Shown in pieces: positions 1-12,826 of a DNA stretch of 64,000 nt (within the stretch, counting starts at the first letter, position 1; the number at the start of each line of letters is the position of its first letter). This DNA is from Felis catus (Eukaryota). The position numbers and the translations under genes are program-made. The notes beneath the pieces were generated by a model. It made no database searches, was not told the DNA's origin, and saw nothing but the letters and a program-made list of their open reading frames with translations. The stretch covers positions 146,384,001-146,448,000 of the forward strand of contig NC_058368.1 of the NCBI RefSeq assembly GCF_018350175.1, given 5' to 3'.

Positions 1-139
1 ATTTTTATTGTTTTATTGTTTTACTTATCATTTATCCACTATTTATTTTAGTGGATACAGGCTTGGATCTATTGCCTTGAAACTGAGAGAAAGCACAGGT
101 TTAGTAATGTCATCATATAAAGAATATAACATTTGATGT

Positions 140-340
140 CAGATGTTCCTAGTTCAGGTGCTGGTCTGAAACTGATATCTATTAGTACATGACTTTGGGC
201 AAATACTTTAAACTCTGTGTCTTACTTGGTATCTTCATAATAAGAATAAAGGTACCTGTCTCAGAAGTTTGGGGCAATCAAATGCAAGGCAGACTGCTTC
301 GAGATCAGTAAAACACTTAACACTGTGTGATCCACAGAAG
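140..340 (+). mobile_element. MIR SINE fragment
   Basis: MIR core-like 'tgactttgggcaaatactttaaactctgtgtctt...ataaaggtacctgtctcagaag'; boundaries approximate. Confidence 0.6.
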
Positions 341-582
341 GTAATTTGGAGGAATAGTATTTTGATAGATGAATGATGTGATAAGAAACTGATTCAGGAG
401 TTAATTACAGTGAACATTAGCCACATTTAGATTATGTAGAAGAGAAGCTTGTTCTTAAGAGAGTTAACAGATAGTCTTTAAAGTGCTTTCATCTTGATCA
501 CATATGTTTCAATATATGTTTAACTACAGTATTTTTTCAGGGACATTTTTTATAATATCTTACTGGTGAATTTGATACCTAA

Positions 583-1035
<453 letters not shown>

Positions 1036-1577
1036 AAAAACTCTTTTCTACAAAACTTCTTTTAGGGTTTTTAGTCTAAAACCTCAAGTACTTAATGTTG
1101 AAAATAATATTTATTATAATATGCAACAACTCATTAGCAACAAAATAAGCAAACGTACACACATACACACCCTCCAAGTCATACTATTCCTTATTACAAG
1201 GGTGCGTAAGGAATAAGCAAGATACGTGTTCATGCTAGTTATCTCCAGCTTGAAGCTGGCTGCCTGTAACATTTGAGATCACCTAGCTAGAGCTATTGGT
1301 GGGTAAGCAGGGGGATGTAGAATGTTTCACATTATCTTGAGGTTGAGTCTTCTCTTGCTATTCAGAAAAGACATTGTAATGGGGGAGATGGGTTACAGGG
1401 GAAGAGAAGGGAAAAATGGCAGTTTAAGTTAAGGTACCTGAGCCTCACTCAGTTCCTCAGATTTAAACCCATGGATGATTTTTCTAGAGATTTAAACGTT
1501 TCCTAGAGGCAAGAGCCTCTGAACACATCTTACACTTAGGTTTCTGACAGAAGCCCCGTATTCTCAAAATAAATGTT

Positions 1578-3200
1578 TGATTCATTTATTTAGCAAATAC
1601 CTTTTGAGTGCCTATTATGTACCAGGAACTATTCCATGCAGTAGAGAGCAAAACACAAAAATGTCTACTTTCATGGAGTTTATAAATTCTAGTCAGGGAA
1701 ATAGACAATAACAAGATGCATAAATTGAGTATAAACTGTTGTAGATAGTTAGAAATGCTGAAGAGAAAACTAAACCAGGGAAGGATGATAGAAAATGTCA
1801 GGATGAAAGTAGGACAAAGGTCGTGATTTTAGCCAGGGCACCAGAAAAGGCCTTGGTGAGAATGTGACAAGTTTGTCTGTGGGGTAAGCATGCCAGGCAG
1901 AAAAAATCAGGTAGTACAAAGGTCTTGATGCAGGAGTTTTTGTTAACTTTTTATTGATATATTCAAGCAATAGAATGGAGGGAGGTATGGATAAAGTAGG
2001 AAGATGAAGATAGGAAGAATGATGATATGAGGTAGAGAGAGGCCAGATCATGTGTAGGGCCTTACAGGCTATTGTAAGGACTTCAAGTTTTGCTTTGAAT
2101 TACATTGGACATTGTTGGAGGGTTGCAAACATCAAGTGATGGGATCCTACTTACAGTTTTAGCAGGATCAATCTGGCTGTTGTGCTGAGAATAGAGTATA
2201 CATAGTGTGATAAGCTTACAAGAAGATATAGCAGTGGGACACTGTTTCAACAATGAGTGAAGGATGTGAGTGGCTCAGACCAGAGTGGTAGCAGTGAAGA
2301 TGATAAACAACAGGCAGATTCTAGGTATGTCTAGAGGCAGCATATTTGTTGATGAACTGAGTATGGCTCCTGAGAGGAAGACACTAACCATGGTAAGTTT
2401 TTTAGATTGAATACTGAAGGCATGCAGTTGACTTACTGAATTAGGGGAATCTACAAGAGGAAGGTTAGGAACTGAGTTTTACAAACATTAAGTCTGAGAT
2501 GCTGAGTATGGAGTTGGATATACAAATTTGGAGTTTGGGGGAAGGCTAAGTAAGGAGATATTTAAAGCTGGCTGAGCTGTCAGGGGAGTTTGAGAAGTCA
2601 GAAAAGGGCTGTGATCCAAGGACTCCACCTTAGTACATACACTTGGATGTGTAGAGGTCAGTAAGATGAGGAGACCAGCAGAGAAGGCTGAGGGAGCAGC
2701 CTGGAGGTAGCAGGGAAACTGTAGGAGTGTTATCCTGGAGAGCAAGTCAAGGAAGTATTTCAAGGGGGAAGCTAGAGATAAACTGAGTTGAATGCCGCAG
2801 ACTGGGTAAGAAGATGAGGATCAAGGACTGACTGACTGACTGATGGATTTGGCAACACAAATTGGGGATCTTAATAAAACGTTTTCAGTGGAATAGCAAG
2901 AAGAGGAAATTCAAAAAGAATGAGACAAGATAATTGGAAAAGAAACAACAAGCCTAGGCAACACTTGTAACAAGTTTCACTGTAATGAAAAGGAAAGATC
3001 TGGCTAGCTGCTGGAGGGGCAGCAACAAGCTGCTGGAGGGGCAGCTTGCTGGAGTCAAGAATTGTTGTTGTTGTTTTCTTAGATGACAGAAATAACATCA
3101 TGTTTGCATATTTATGGGATTAAGGAAGGAAGGGGGGCAAATGTTGCCACAGTTGCTGGAGTACTGTCTCTGAGTACATGGGCGAAGATGGGATCAGATG
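1578..3200 (-). mobile_element. LINE-2 (L2) fragment
   Basis: Reverse L2 3' end 'ttcatttatttagcaaataccttttgagtgcctattatgtaccagg' followed by a long GA-rich L2-type body; right boundary approximate. Confidence 0.8.
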
Positions 3201-3871
3201 GACAAGTGACAGGATCTGTTTAGCTTGGAACGTGGGAGCTTTGCTTAATGACAGGAAAGAAAGCAGAATAAATGGACAAAGACACAGGAAGATATCTAAT
3301 TGCAGCCATGGAAATTTACTGATATTGATTCAATAAGTTGGTTGATTAATCTGATTCTAATTAGATTTGAATTGGATCACACATTCAAACACACTCTCAC
3401 TTTTGCACATCAGAGTTAAATTTCCTTTTATTTGGAGGGCATGCTTGTTTTACACTAGTGACCCAATAAAAAATGAAGTCATTCTTTAATAATCACATGT
3501 AATTGAAAGTTCACTAAAAAGGGAATCTGTACTCTTTCCAACTTAAATGTTCAGAATTTTTATTGAGTACAATGGTCTTTGATTTTGTTCCTTATTCAGA
3601 GTATCTCACCAACCTTTGAAGTAGATGGAAATTATTTTTGAAGAGAAAATGTGTGGTTAAATAATGGGTATATGAGAATGGGGTCCTTTATGTGTTCAGT
3701 CTGTTTTAAGCAAAGCTTTACTATAATAGTTCTATTTTAAATTTGGCAGAATTTCTCTTCTCTTCAAAAAACATTTAGTTCATTGTACATTTTTTCTATG
3801 TTTTACATGGCATATTTTCTTTAATTCAAATCTAGTTCACTACATATTTGACTTATAGGCATCCAATCCTG

Positions 3872-3885
3872 TTTGTTTGTTTGTT

Positions 3886-3932
<47 letters not shown>

Positions 3933-3934
3933 TT
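3872..3934. repeat. (TTTG)n(TTTA)n microsatellite
   Basis: Read directly. Confidence 0.95.
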
Positions 3935-4679
3935 GCATTTAACTTGCTTTTGGCAGGTTTTGATGTCAAGAATTAAGAGCATGAAAAAAAGAATTAAGAG
4001 CACTTTCATTTTAAATTTTAGCTGTTCTTTTCCTTCTGCTTCAGTAAGAATTATTCAGGAAACTTAAGGTTAGGGATAAAAAAAAAGAACGTCAGATATA
4101 AAATGCTTCATCTGGAATTAAGAACTAGATTCCATACATCTGAGGAAAAATATTATATGTATTAAACAAAAAATAACTTTCCTTATATATGTCATTCTTT
4201 TACAGAGACAAAATATACTAGTAGTCCATGGGATATATGAATATATATTTAATCATAGCTTTGTCATTTGGTATTTTGTATATTATTACTATGTATTTGG
4301 ACCAGAGCAGTGAAAGTTTTTTCCTGGACTTATTCTGCCATCTTGGTAATAAATTACCTATTCTTATTGTACAAGTAAATATTTGAATTTATTGTAGGTA
4401 GTGCAGTTTCATGTACACTTTCCCTCCAGTAAGAACAAGAGGAAAGCAGTTGATGGGATTTAATACATTTAACTCTTCCAGAAAGGCATTTATTGAAATG
4501 GCTAAATGTTTAACTTGGTAGTCATTTCTATTATGCAAATGTATTTTCATTATTATTGAAACCACCAAATTTCCTCATGAGTTGTTCCCTTTTTTTTTTT
4601 ACCCTATTCCTGCATAATATAAGTTTAGTGAGACCAAGACACTTGGTGATTCACAGTATTCATTCAAGGAAAAGGTCTG

Positions 4680-4680
<1 letters not shown>

Positions 4681-4732
<52 letters not shown>

Positions 4733-4797
4733 GAGATATATATATGTATTTTATTTGGAGATATATATATACACACATATATATATGTGTGTATATA

Positions 4798-4862
<65 letters not shown>
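4681..4862. repeat. Compound (TA)n/(TG)n microsatellite with a duplicated 'atttggagatata' interruption
   Basis: Read directly; source of the spurious YIYI ORFs. Confidence 0.95.
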
Positions 4863-5493
4863 CCAGAAGTACAATAGGGATATTGTAGTTTACAGAAAAC
4901 TGATAGGTAACAGTTTTATGCATAGGCAATCTATTTTATTACTTTTTTTCTCCAAAGTTTTAAATTCCCTCCCATCATTAGGATTGTTGAGGAAATAACT
5001 GATGACAGTACTCCAATGTAATGAAGTATATCATGCTTATGTGTATGATACCATATAGTATGAAAACCCTTTAAAAACATTTAAAAGTTTGTTAGCTAAA
5101 AGATCTTGGAAGAATTCTGAATCTTGAATGTCACAGTCTATACCACCGTACAACTACATTTTATAATTTTCTGTAAAAATATAAAGCAAGGTTTACTGTT
5201 TCTAGGTCTTAATTTTTAGAGTTTCTAGGTAGGTAGCAACGGTATTACAGCCTTAGTTTAAGAAGTAAACTAAACTGCATAGTAAAGCCCTAGAGTTCAT
5301 GGGTATTTTGCTTTCTTTCAGATTAAGATTATGATCTATAAACTGGTTGCAGTGATCTCTATTTATAGCTCAGCCTCTGGATTACAAAGGAGGATGGAAT
5401 GGGTCACTTTCACTCTCCCCTAGTCTGTCTGTATTAACTCCTCGTGGCTTTAAAGGACTTCCTGCTTAGTCTGGACTCATCCTACCTATAGTG

Positions 5494-5585
5494 TTTTGTT
5501 TTGTTTTTATGTTTATTTTTGAGAGAGAGAGAGAGACAGAATGCGGCCAGGGAGATGCAGAGAGAGAGGGAGACACAGAATCTGA
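5494..5585 (-). mobile_element. Can-SINE 3' half only (truncated)
   Basis: T tail, (GA)n, gggagacacagaatctga, then an abrupt stop. Confidence 0.85.
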
Positions 5586-7039
5586 TCTTTTTTTTTTTTT
5601 TAATGTTTATGTTGTTTTTGTTTTTTAATTCAATGGAAAAATAACCTGTTGGGTTATTTACTATAGATTTATTTACTATACATTATTTACTATAGTTATA
5701 GTGAAACGACCTTTCCTACCGGAAATCTGTTTGTTGGGTACAGAGCAAGATAACACCTGATGTCCATGTCTGCAGAGAAACTTGAGGTTGAGTAGGTCTC
5801 CTGAATAACAGAACCTCACCAAAATACAAAGAGATCAGAGTGTAATTAGTATAGCATCTGAGTACTGCAGGTGGGCTTTCACTGACCTCAATAATGTCTG
5901 ATATAAACTAAAAAATAATTTATGGTTTTGCAGTTTTTCATATCTATAGCCATTTTGACCTGTAATAATAGTAAAATTACATGAGAAAATAATTTTAAAA
6001 TGTATATGAATAGTCTAAGAATTTTAATCATTATTACAAAACATTTCTTAATGTTAACATAATTCAAAATGTGTGTGAATAATTATTGGAAAGATTGGGC
6101 TTCTTTCATAGAAAAAGGCTTTTTCTTATAAAGCATTTTGAAAACTTATGCTTAATTGGCTCCTAAGTAGCCTTTATGAGAGGAATTATTTTAATGTCTC
6201 ATTAATTGTTTTTAATTATTTATTTTAAATTATTAAGATAATCAATATTTTAAAATTATAATTATGTCTCTTAGCAGAAATTGACAAGATTTCTTAAAAT
6301 TAGAGACCAATTAAATCAACTTTACTAAAAGTATAAATAAGAAAAATACTTATTCTAGAATGTTTTATTCTTCTTAGCTTTATTTTAAAGGTACACAACC
6401 ACTAAAACAAATAAAATAAGCTTTCTTACCACTTTTCTGCGTAATTATTAGCCCGCGATTTAGCACATTAGTTTAATTAGTCTTGATTCTTAACCAACAG
6501 GAAGGTCCCTGTATAACTGCTATCAGTAATTTAGGCTTCTACTTAGTTGGTGGGCTTCCTGAAAGGAAGTGTGATTATAGAATAGCCTTTTAGAAAATAA
6601 ATGAATGGCTATGTCAAACAGTTGATGAATACTGATATAGTAGCTTTTAAAAATAGAACAGAATCCAAAATCTCTAAGTATCAAAGAGCTCGTTGCTTCA
6701 AACAGTGAATGTCTACTCACAGAGGGGTAACAACATGTACTGCCAAAGAGATTAGTCAGAAATTCAACTTTAGAATCACAGATTATTCCCTTAATCTTAT
6801 CCAGCTTGTTTATCATAGGCTCATTTATTTATAAATTCTAAATAAAAAGCTTGATTTAGTAAAACCTGTCACAAAACAGGAAGTGCAGTTTGAGTATATT
6901 TCCTAGCAATCATGGGTTCTTATACATAATTGCTGAGGAAAGATATTATGTACTTCAGTAATCTAGATCTTCTAGTTCAAGCCCGTCATTTTTCCAGTGA
7001 GGAAACTGAGGCTTAGAAAGGTTCTCCTGTGTGTTACCT

Positions 7040-7143
7040 CAGTGAATACTCTGTCTCCAAATAAAATCACATTCTTAGATACCAGGGAGTAAGACTCCAA
7101 AATGCCTTTTGGTGGTGGTGGGTGGGCAGTTCAACTCTTAACA
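7040..7143 (-). mobile_element. MLT1 (ERVL-MaLR) LTR end fragment
   Basis: 'tctccaaataaaatcacattcttagataccagggagtaagactccaa...cagttcaactcttaaca' resembles the reverse MLT1 terminus. Confidence 0.65.
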
Positions 7144-7397
7144 ATGCAAATGTACATTCTTCTAGAGCAAGTATCAAATTTTTAATGTATTTTCAATGGG
7201 GACTATATTCCAAACATGATTCAGAATCATTGACCTAGGAGAATGGTATTTAAATGAGAAAAGATGGAATAAGATATGTTAAAAGGAAACTGCAGTTTAG
7301 ACTACATGACAAGATGGGAAGAAGAGAAAATAGCATTCAAACAGAAGCTAAATCACAATCTGTCAGTTCATCGGACCGTCATTTTTCTGGCTGTGCA

Positions 7398-7712
7398 CTG
7401 CACTGTTCAGTAAGGTAGCCACCAGCTACCTGAGACTGTTGGACACTGGAAATGTGGCTAGTCCAAATTGAAATGTGATCGAAGTATAGACTACACATTG
7501 GATTTCAGAAATGTAGTATGAGAAAAGAAGTAACATGTCTCATTAATGCATTTGTGTATTAATTAAATCTTGAAATAATTATTTTGTATATATTGAGTTA
7601 AATGTATTATTACTATTAACTTCATTTACTTCTTTTTTACTTCTTAAAATGTGTTTAATGGGAAATCTAAAATTCTGTATGTGACTCATATATTTCTATT
7701 TGTTTGACATAC
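7398..7712 (-). mobile_element. MER33-like hAT-Charlie non-autonomous DNA transposon
   Basis: 'ctgcactgttcagtaaggtagccacc...gaaatgtggctagtccaaattgaaatgtg...aaaattctgtatgtgactcatatatttctatt' follows the recalled MER33 consensus along its length. Confidence 0.8.
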
Positions 7713-8302
7713 GGATCTTGGTGTTCTAAAAAGTTCCATCTTGGGTTGATTTTGTGGTTCTGTAATAGCTGTGTATCATTGCGAAAATTAAATCAGATTG
7801 TACTACCAAGTTTTTATGAAGCTGTTAATGTAAGGGTGTGAGATCTTTAGGTGGATGTAGATGACTATGGGTGCGATTGAATATTTATATATAAGAAATG
7901 CTAAAGGGGTTGCACTGTCTTATTTATTTATTGTTTTTTGATTCATTGTAAAACAGACTTAAGAAAGCCTGGGTCATTTTTGTCCTTGGAAAATGAAGCT
8001 AAACATTTTTACTGATCCTGTGTAACTGCAACCATGATCCGGTTGAGACAAAAGGGGGGGGTAATGTAGCGATCCTCTCTAAATCAGCTGAATGTCTATA
8101 ATGTAGTATAAAGGATTCTTGCCTCTTTGTGATTGTGACAGGGATCTCCAGCACAAACAGCGCATCTGGTTCCTTGAACCAGTTCATCAACATCATTTAT
8201 AAGCCATATTTTAGATCAAAGGGATAGGAAGGTTACCAGTGATGAGGTTCTGGAATGTTGCCAGCCCACCAGCATTGACATGATACTTGCTGCAGCTTCA
8301 TT

Positions 8303-8321
8303 GGGGGGGGGGGGGGGGGGG
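8303..8321 (+). repeat. G19 homopolymer
   Basis: Read directly. Confidence 0.95.
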
Positions 8322-9109
8322 CTGGGTATGTGTGAAGGATGGATATCAGCAGGCTTGCTAAGCAGAGTCTGAATACAAGATGTAGTGAAAGGGAACAGTT
8401 ACAAGTGGGGTGGGCAGAAGAAGGACTCAAAGTGAGATCCTTAGTGCCAATTTCAAGCTTTGAGGTAAAACTCACTGGTAATGAGAAATAGTAGTTGCAA
8501 ACATGTATCTGTGGCACTCAGGGTTTTGTGGGGAGTGTTGTAATTTGGGGGATGGCGGAACAAAAAAAGAAAGAACTTCGAGTACTGCTAGCCCTGTTAT
8601 TTCTCAAGCATAATGGGTAGCCATATTAACAATCATATATATTTTTTAAATATAAATGAATAACTTGAGACTGTATCAGAGATTGTGACTGTTGGTCTTT
8701 GGTATGACCTAGGTCCTGTACTTTTTTTTTTCCCCCTTGGTAACATGAGTCTTCCAAATAATAAATCTGAATGCATTTAAAAAAGACATAGATTCCCTAG
8801 TTTTCTATAGTCCTTAACACAGAAAGGGCTTTTATATTTAATCTGGTTCACTTTATTCATTGATATCATTTGCATGATTTCTGGAAGTATTTGAGTTTAT
8901 GAACCCTGGAAGATTACAGTTATTCTGACACTGGTAACTACTGTGACTAGTTCTTCTAATTCTGATTCTTCTACTACAATTATTGTTCCTCCCCCTTTTT
9001 CTACTTCTTTACTATTAATATTGCTATTGTTGTTTCTATTACTCTTCTATTATGGTTCCATTACCTCTATTACTGTAACTTCATTACCACCACCACAACT
9101 GCTACAGAC

Positions 9110-9320
9110 TTAAACATTTATATGGGTGCCAGAATGTATTCTAGTTTTCTTATATGCATTACTTTATTTACATGCAACAACAATCATACAAAGTATATAC
9201 TGTTATTTTACAGTCCAGAGAATTGAGGCACAGTAAGATTAGAAAACTTATAAGGCAATGCAGCTAGTAAAGTATAGAACTGGGATTCTAACCCAGAAAG
9301 TCTAACTACAGAACTTATCT
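9110..9320 (-). mobile_element. MIR SINE
   Basis: 'ttttacagtccagagaattgaggcacag...gcagctagtaaagtatagaactgggattctaacccag'. Confidence 0.75.
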
Positions 9321-10019
9321 CTGAGAACCCTTCCTGTGCTAACGTTCCTTGTTTTCATTTAGTAGAACACTCTATTAAAATCTAAGAGTTCGGAGAGTTT
9401 GATTTTATATTTTAAATTTAAGTGTATTTGATGCCTTCATTTTTATAAAACAATTTAAGGCTCCTAATAAAGGAAGGGTGGAGTATATGGACTCCTTGAT
9501 TTCTGACTCAATGGAGTGGGCACACATTTAAGTGGAAAAAGATATAGTTTGGTGACATTAATGCACTGTGAAGATGAATGTGAATGTTCATATCCTTGTT
9601 GGATATTCTATTTTGATTTGATGGCAAAGCAAATAAGGTAGCAGAATAGTGATTTATACTTAGTCCTTGAATAAAAGGCTTGGAAATAAATATTAAATAA
9701 TACTACCAAATGTCCATGTAGACATTTAAAAATACACAGACGTAGTTTTAAATATAGACTTAGACTGTATACTATTTATATATTATGTGGTGGATATAAA
9801 TTTAGAATTCCTGTATCTTTTTGGGAATTGAATTTTTTTATTATTATGAAATCTCTCTTGTTGGTCTAGTACTGCTTCTTTCCCTTAAAGTTCTTTGTCT
9901 GATAATAGTATAGCTATAACAACTTTTTTTTCCTTGATGTTTACATGATATATCTTTTTCATCTCTTTTTACTCTTTCACTTTCAATCTTTTATATATTT
10001 AAAATCTGTAGTTGTTTTT

Positions 10020-10226
10020 TTTTTAATTTTTTAATGTTTATTCATTTTTGAAAGACAGAGCACAAGCAGGGGTGGGGCGGAGAGAGAGGGGGACACAGAA
10101 TCTGAAACAGGCTCCAGGCTCTGAGCGGTCAGCACAGAGCCCAGTGCGGGGCTTGAACTCACAAACCACAGATCATGACCTGAGCTGAAGTCAGATGCTC
10201 AATCAACTGAGCCATCCAGGCACCCC
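10020..10226 (-). mobile_element. Can-SINE (SINEC_Fc type)
   Basis: Full body ending ...gagccatccaggcacccc; degenerate TSD ta(g/c)ttgtttttt. Confidence 0.93.
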
Positions 10227-10643
10227 ATACTTGTTTTTTAAACCCAGTCTAATAATCTTTCTTTTTAATTGGAGAGTTTATTCCACTAATAGTTCATATA
10301 GTTATTTACATATTTAGATCTAGATCTGCTAATGTACTCTTTTATTCTCATTATTCTATTTTTTTCCTTTTATTAATTTGTTACTTACCAACTCTTATAT
10401 TTTTGCTTTAGTGACTATCCTAGAGATGGCAACATATATCCATGACCTATTATAGTCTGACATTAATTTAACTTTCCTACTCCCTAGATAATGGGCGCTT
10501 TAACTCCACTTAACTTTTTGCATTATTGTAACATATATTCCAATTTGCCATTTATTTTAGACCTCATAAAGGATTATTATTGTAGTATTGAAAAGCCACT
10601 ATTCATTTCTCTTTAGCTTTTACCTTGTTCCTTATTTCTTTTT

Positions 10644-10869
10644 TTTTTTTTTTAATTTTTTTTTTTTTCAACGTGTATTTATTTTTGGGACAGAGAGAGA
10701 CAGAGCATGAACGGGGGAGGGGCAGAGAGAGGGAGACACAGAATCGGAAACAGGCTCCAGGCTCTGAGCCATCAGCCCAGAGCCCGACGCGGGGCTCGAA
10801 CTCACGGACCGTGAGATCGTGACCTGGCTGAAGTCGGACGCTTAACCGACTGCGCCACCCAGGCGCCCC
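10644..10869 (-). mobile_element. Young Can-SINE (SINEC_Fc), CpGs intact
   Basis: Intact A box TGGCGCAGTCGG and B box GTTCGAGCC on the minus strand; perfect TSD tatttcttttt at 10633-10643 and 10870-10880. Confidence 0.96.
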
Positions 10870-11117
10870 TATTTCTTTTTGCATTTATATGTTTTCATTG
10901 AACGTCATTTTTCTTCAACCTAGAGAATTCCCTTTAATATTTCTTTTAGTGCACCTTAGCTCTTAAATTCTTTGGGTTTTGGTTTCTTTGAAATCCTTCC
11001 ATTTTGAAAGGAATTTTTGCAGGTATAGATCTGTAGGTTGGCAGTTTTTTGTTTGATTGTTTTGTTTGTCTGTTTTAAGCACACTGAGGATGCCACTGCA
11101 TTGTCTTCTGGCTTCTT

Positions 11118-11365
11118 TTCTATTTATTTATTAAAAAATCTTTTATGTTTACTTTTTTATTTTTGAGAGAGAGAGAGCGCGCATGAGCGGGGGAAGAGCA
11201 GAGAGAGAGACACACACAGAGTCTGACACAGAATCTGACACAGAATCTGAAGCAGGCTCTGGGCTCTGAGCTGTCAGCATAGCGCCCTATATGGGGCTCA
11301 GACTCGCACACTGTGAGATCGTGATCTGAGCCGAAGTCTGATGCTCAGCCAAACCCAGGCACCCC
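11118..11365 (-). mobile_element. Can-SINE with an internal 12-bp triplication
   Basis: TSD ctggcttctt at 11108-11117 and 11366-11375. Confidence 0.93.
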
Positions 11366-12443
11366 CTGGCTTCTTCATGTTAAGGAGATTCTATCCTGTT
11401 CTTTCTCTTCTCCTTTTCTAAGATTCCAGTTACATCTATATTAGATTTTTTCCGTATGTCGGAGTTTTGATAAAGTATGAAGATATGTTTCTTTACATTG
11501 GGTAGTTAGCTGCTTGAAGGTGGTACTCCCTCAGTACCTGGTTCATTCAGTGTCATGCAATGAAAAGGAATGTAATAAATTAAAAAAAAAATCATCTAGT
11601 GAATACAATTTGTGTGTGTTCTCCATATTGTTTTTTTTGATGGAAATGTATGTTAAATACTTTGAAAGTGTTTTTACCCCCATTGGTGAAATGTTTCAAA
11701 ATATATAAAAGTGCCTAAGCTCGTATTGAGCATTATGTAGTCATGTACAAAGTGGGGCTATAGTAAACTGTTTGTGTAATTACTAAATAGTTGTCTTAAA
11801 TTATCTACATGCTTCTCTCTGGTTTACATGCTGTACTCTATGACATGCATTTTCAGAATTGTGGTCTAAAGAGTCATTAGCTTGTTTTTGAGTTGGGATG
11901 ATTTCAGCTGCAGTTAGCACTCAGGTATAGATAATGATAAGGACTTTATTATCTCACATATCAAGTATGAACATAAAGCATTTCCATTGTTGAATAAGTC
12001 AGTATCTTCACAATGTCATCAAGAACTCAGATGATCATATCTATCATTACTATCACACTTAAACGACCCAGGCTCCCTGGAAATGAATGTTTTCAAGAAT
12101 TCCTATAATAAACTCAACAGTGCACAGTTCCTGTAAAATTTGAGTCCACATATAAGATTTTAGAAGTTGGCCTATAATGAATAAGTATCCATTCACAATA
12201 GGTATAGAGGTTTCACAATTTTCAAAAACACTGCTTTGAAACTGTTGTTGTTGTTGTTGTTGTGTTTTTATTTGTAACGTAATCTTGCTGGTAAATCTCC
12301 TTCATTAAAAGAAAAAAAAATTTTCCCATAATGTTCAAAACTAAGGTGGAGTATGCTGGATGCTGATTTTTAAGTATAAATTCGCTTCACCAGTTTTGGG
12401 TATATTCTCTTCCATAAGGCCTTTTGTGATATCCTACTTTTTC

Positions 12444-12669
12444 TTTTTTTTTTAAATTTTTTTTTTCAACGTTTATTTATTTTTGGGACAGAGAGAGACA
12501 GAGCATGAACGGGGGAGGGGCAGAGAGAGAGGGAGACACAGAATCGGAAACAGGCTCCAGGCTCCGAGCCATCAGCCCAGAGCCTGACGCGGGGCTCGAA
12601 CTCACAGACCGCGAGATCGTGACCTGGCTGAAGTCAGACGCTTAACTGACTGCGCCACCCAGGCGCCCC
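12444..12669 (-). mobile_element. Young Can-SINE (SINEC_Fc)
   Basis: Nearly identical to 10644..10869; TSD is poor. Confidence 0.95.
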
Positions 12670-12759
12670 TTCTGTTTCATCATAAAAATTCACAGTTTCC
12701 TTTTTTTTGTTTAAATTAAGATATAATTAGAGGCAGTGCCCCTAAATGTCTCTTTATTT

Positions 12760-12826
12760 GCAATTTGAGATCTTTGTGCATCAATAATGGCCAAATGTTG
12801 GCAATTTCATGTGTTTCAACCTAATA
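12760..12826. mobile_element. MADE2-like mariner MITE remnant
   Basis: 'ggccaaatgttggcaatttcatgtgtttcaacctaata' resembles the recalled MADE2 TIR ending in TA. Confidence 0.55.

Larger units (their letters stand above)
9790..11460 (-). mobile_element. Old L1M (L1ME-like) fragment interrupted by three Can-SINEs
   Basis: T-rich antisense L1M phrases ('tctttgtctgataatagtatagcta', 'cagtctaataatctttctttttaattggag', 'tttgaaaggaatttttgcaggtatag'); boundaries approximate. Confidence 0.65.

Noticed and set aside
3006..3045. CTCF-like reading of the 18-bp repeat
   Set aside because: Several core positions mismatch the CTCF consensus.
4556..4998. Overlapping YIYI-rich ORFs
   Set aside because: Translation of a (TA)n microsatellite; the same applies to 57049..57317.
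7999..8517. Minus-strand ORFs of 65 and 94 aa, one with a poly-Pro run
   Set aside because: No recognisable homology; the poly-Pro comes from the G19 run.
10603..10884. Recurring ORFs of the MAQSVK.../GQRETEHER... type (also 20016, 31438, 38250, 45575, 46848)
   Set aside because: Open frames of the Can-SINE consensus, not a gene family.
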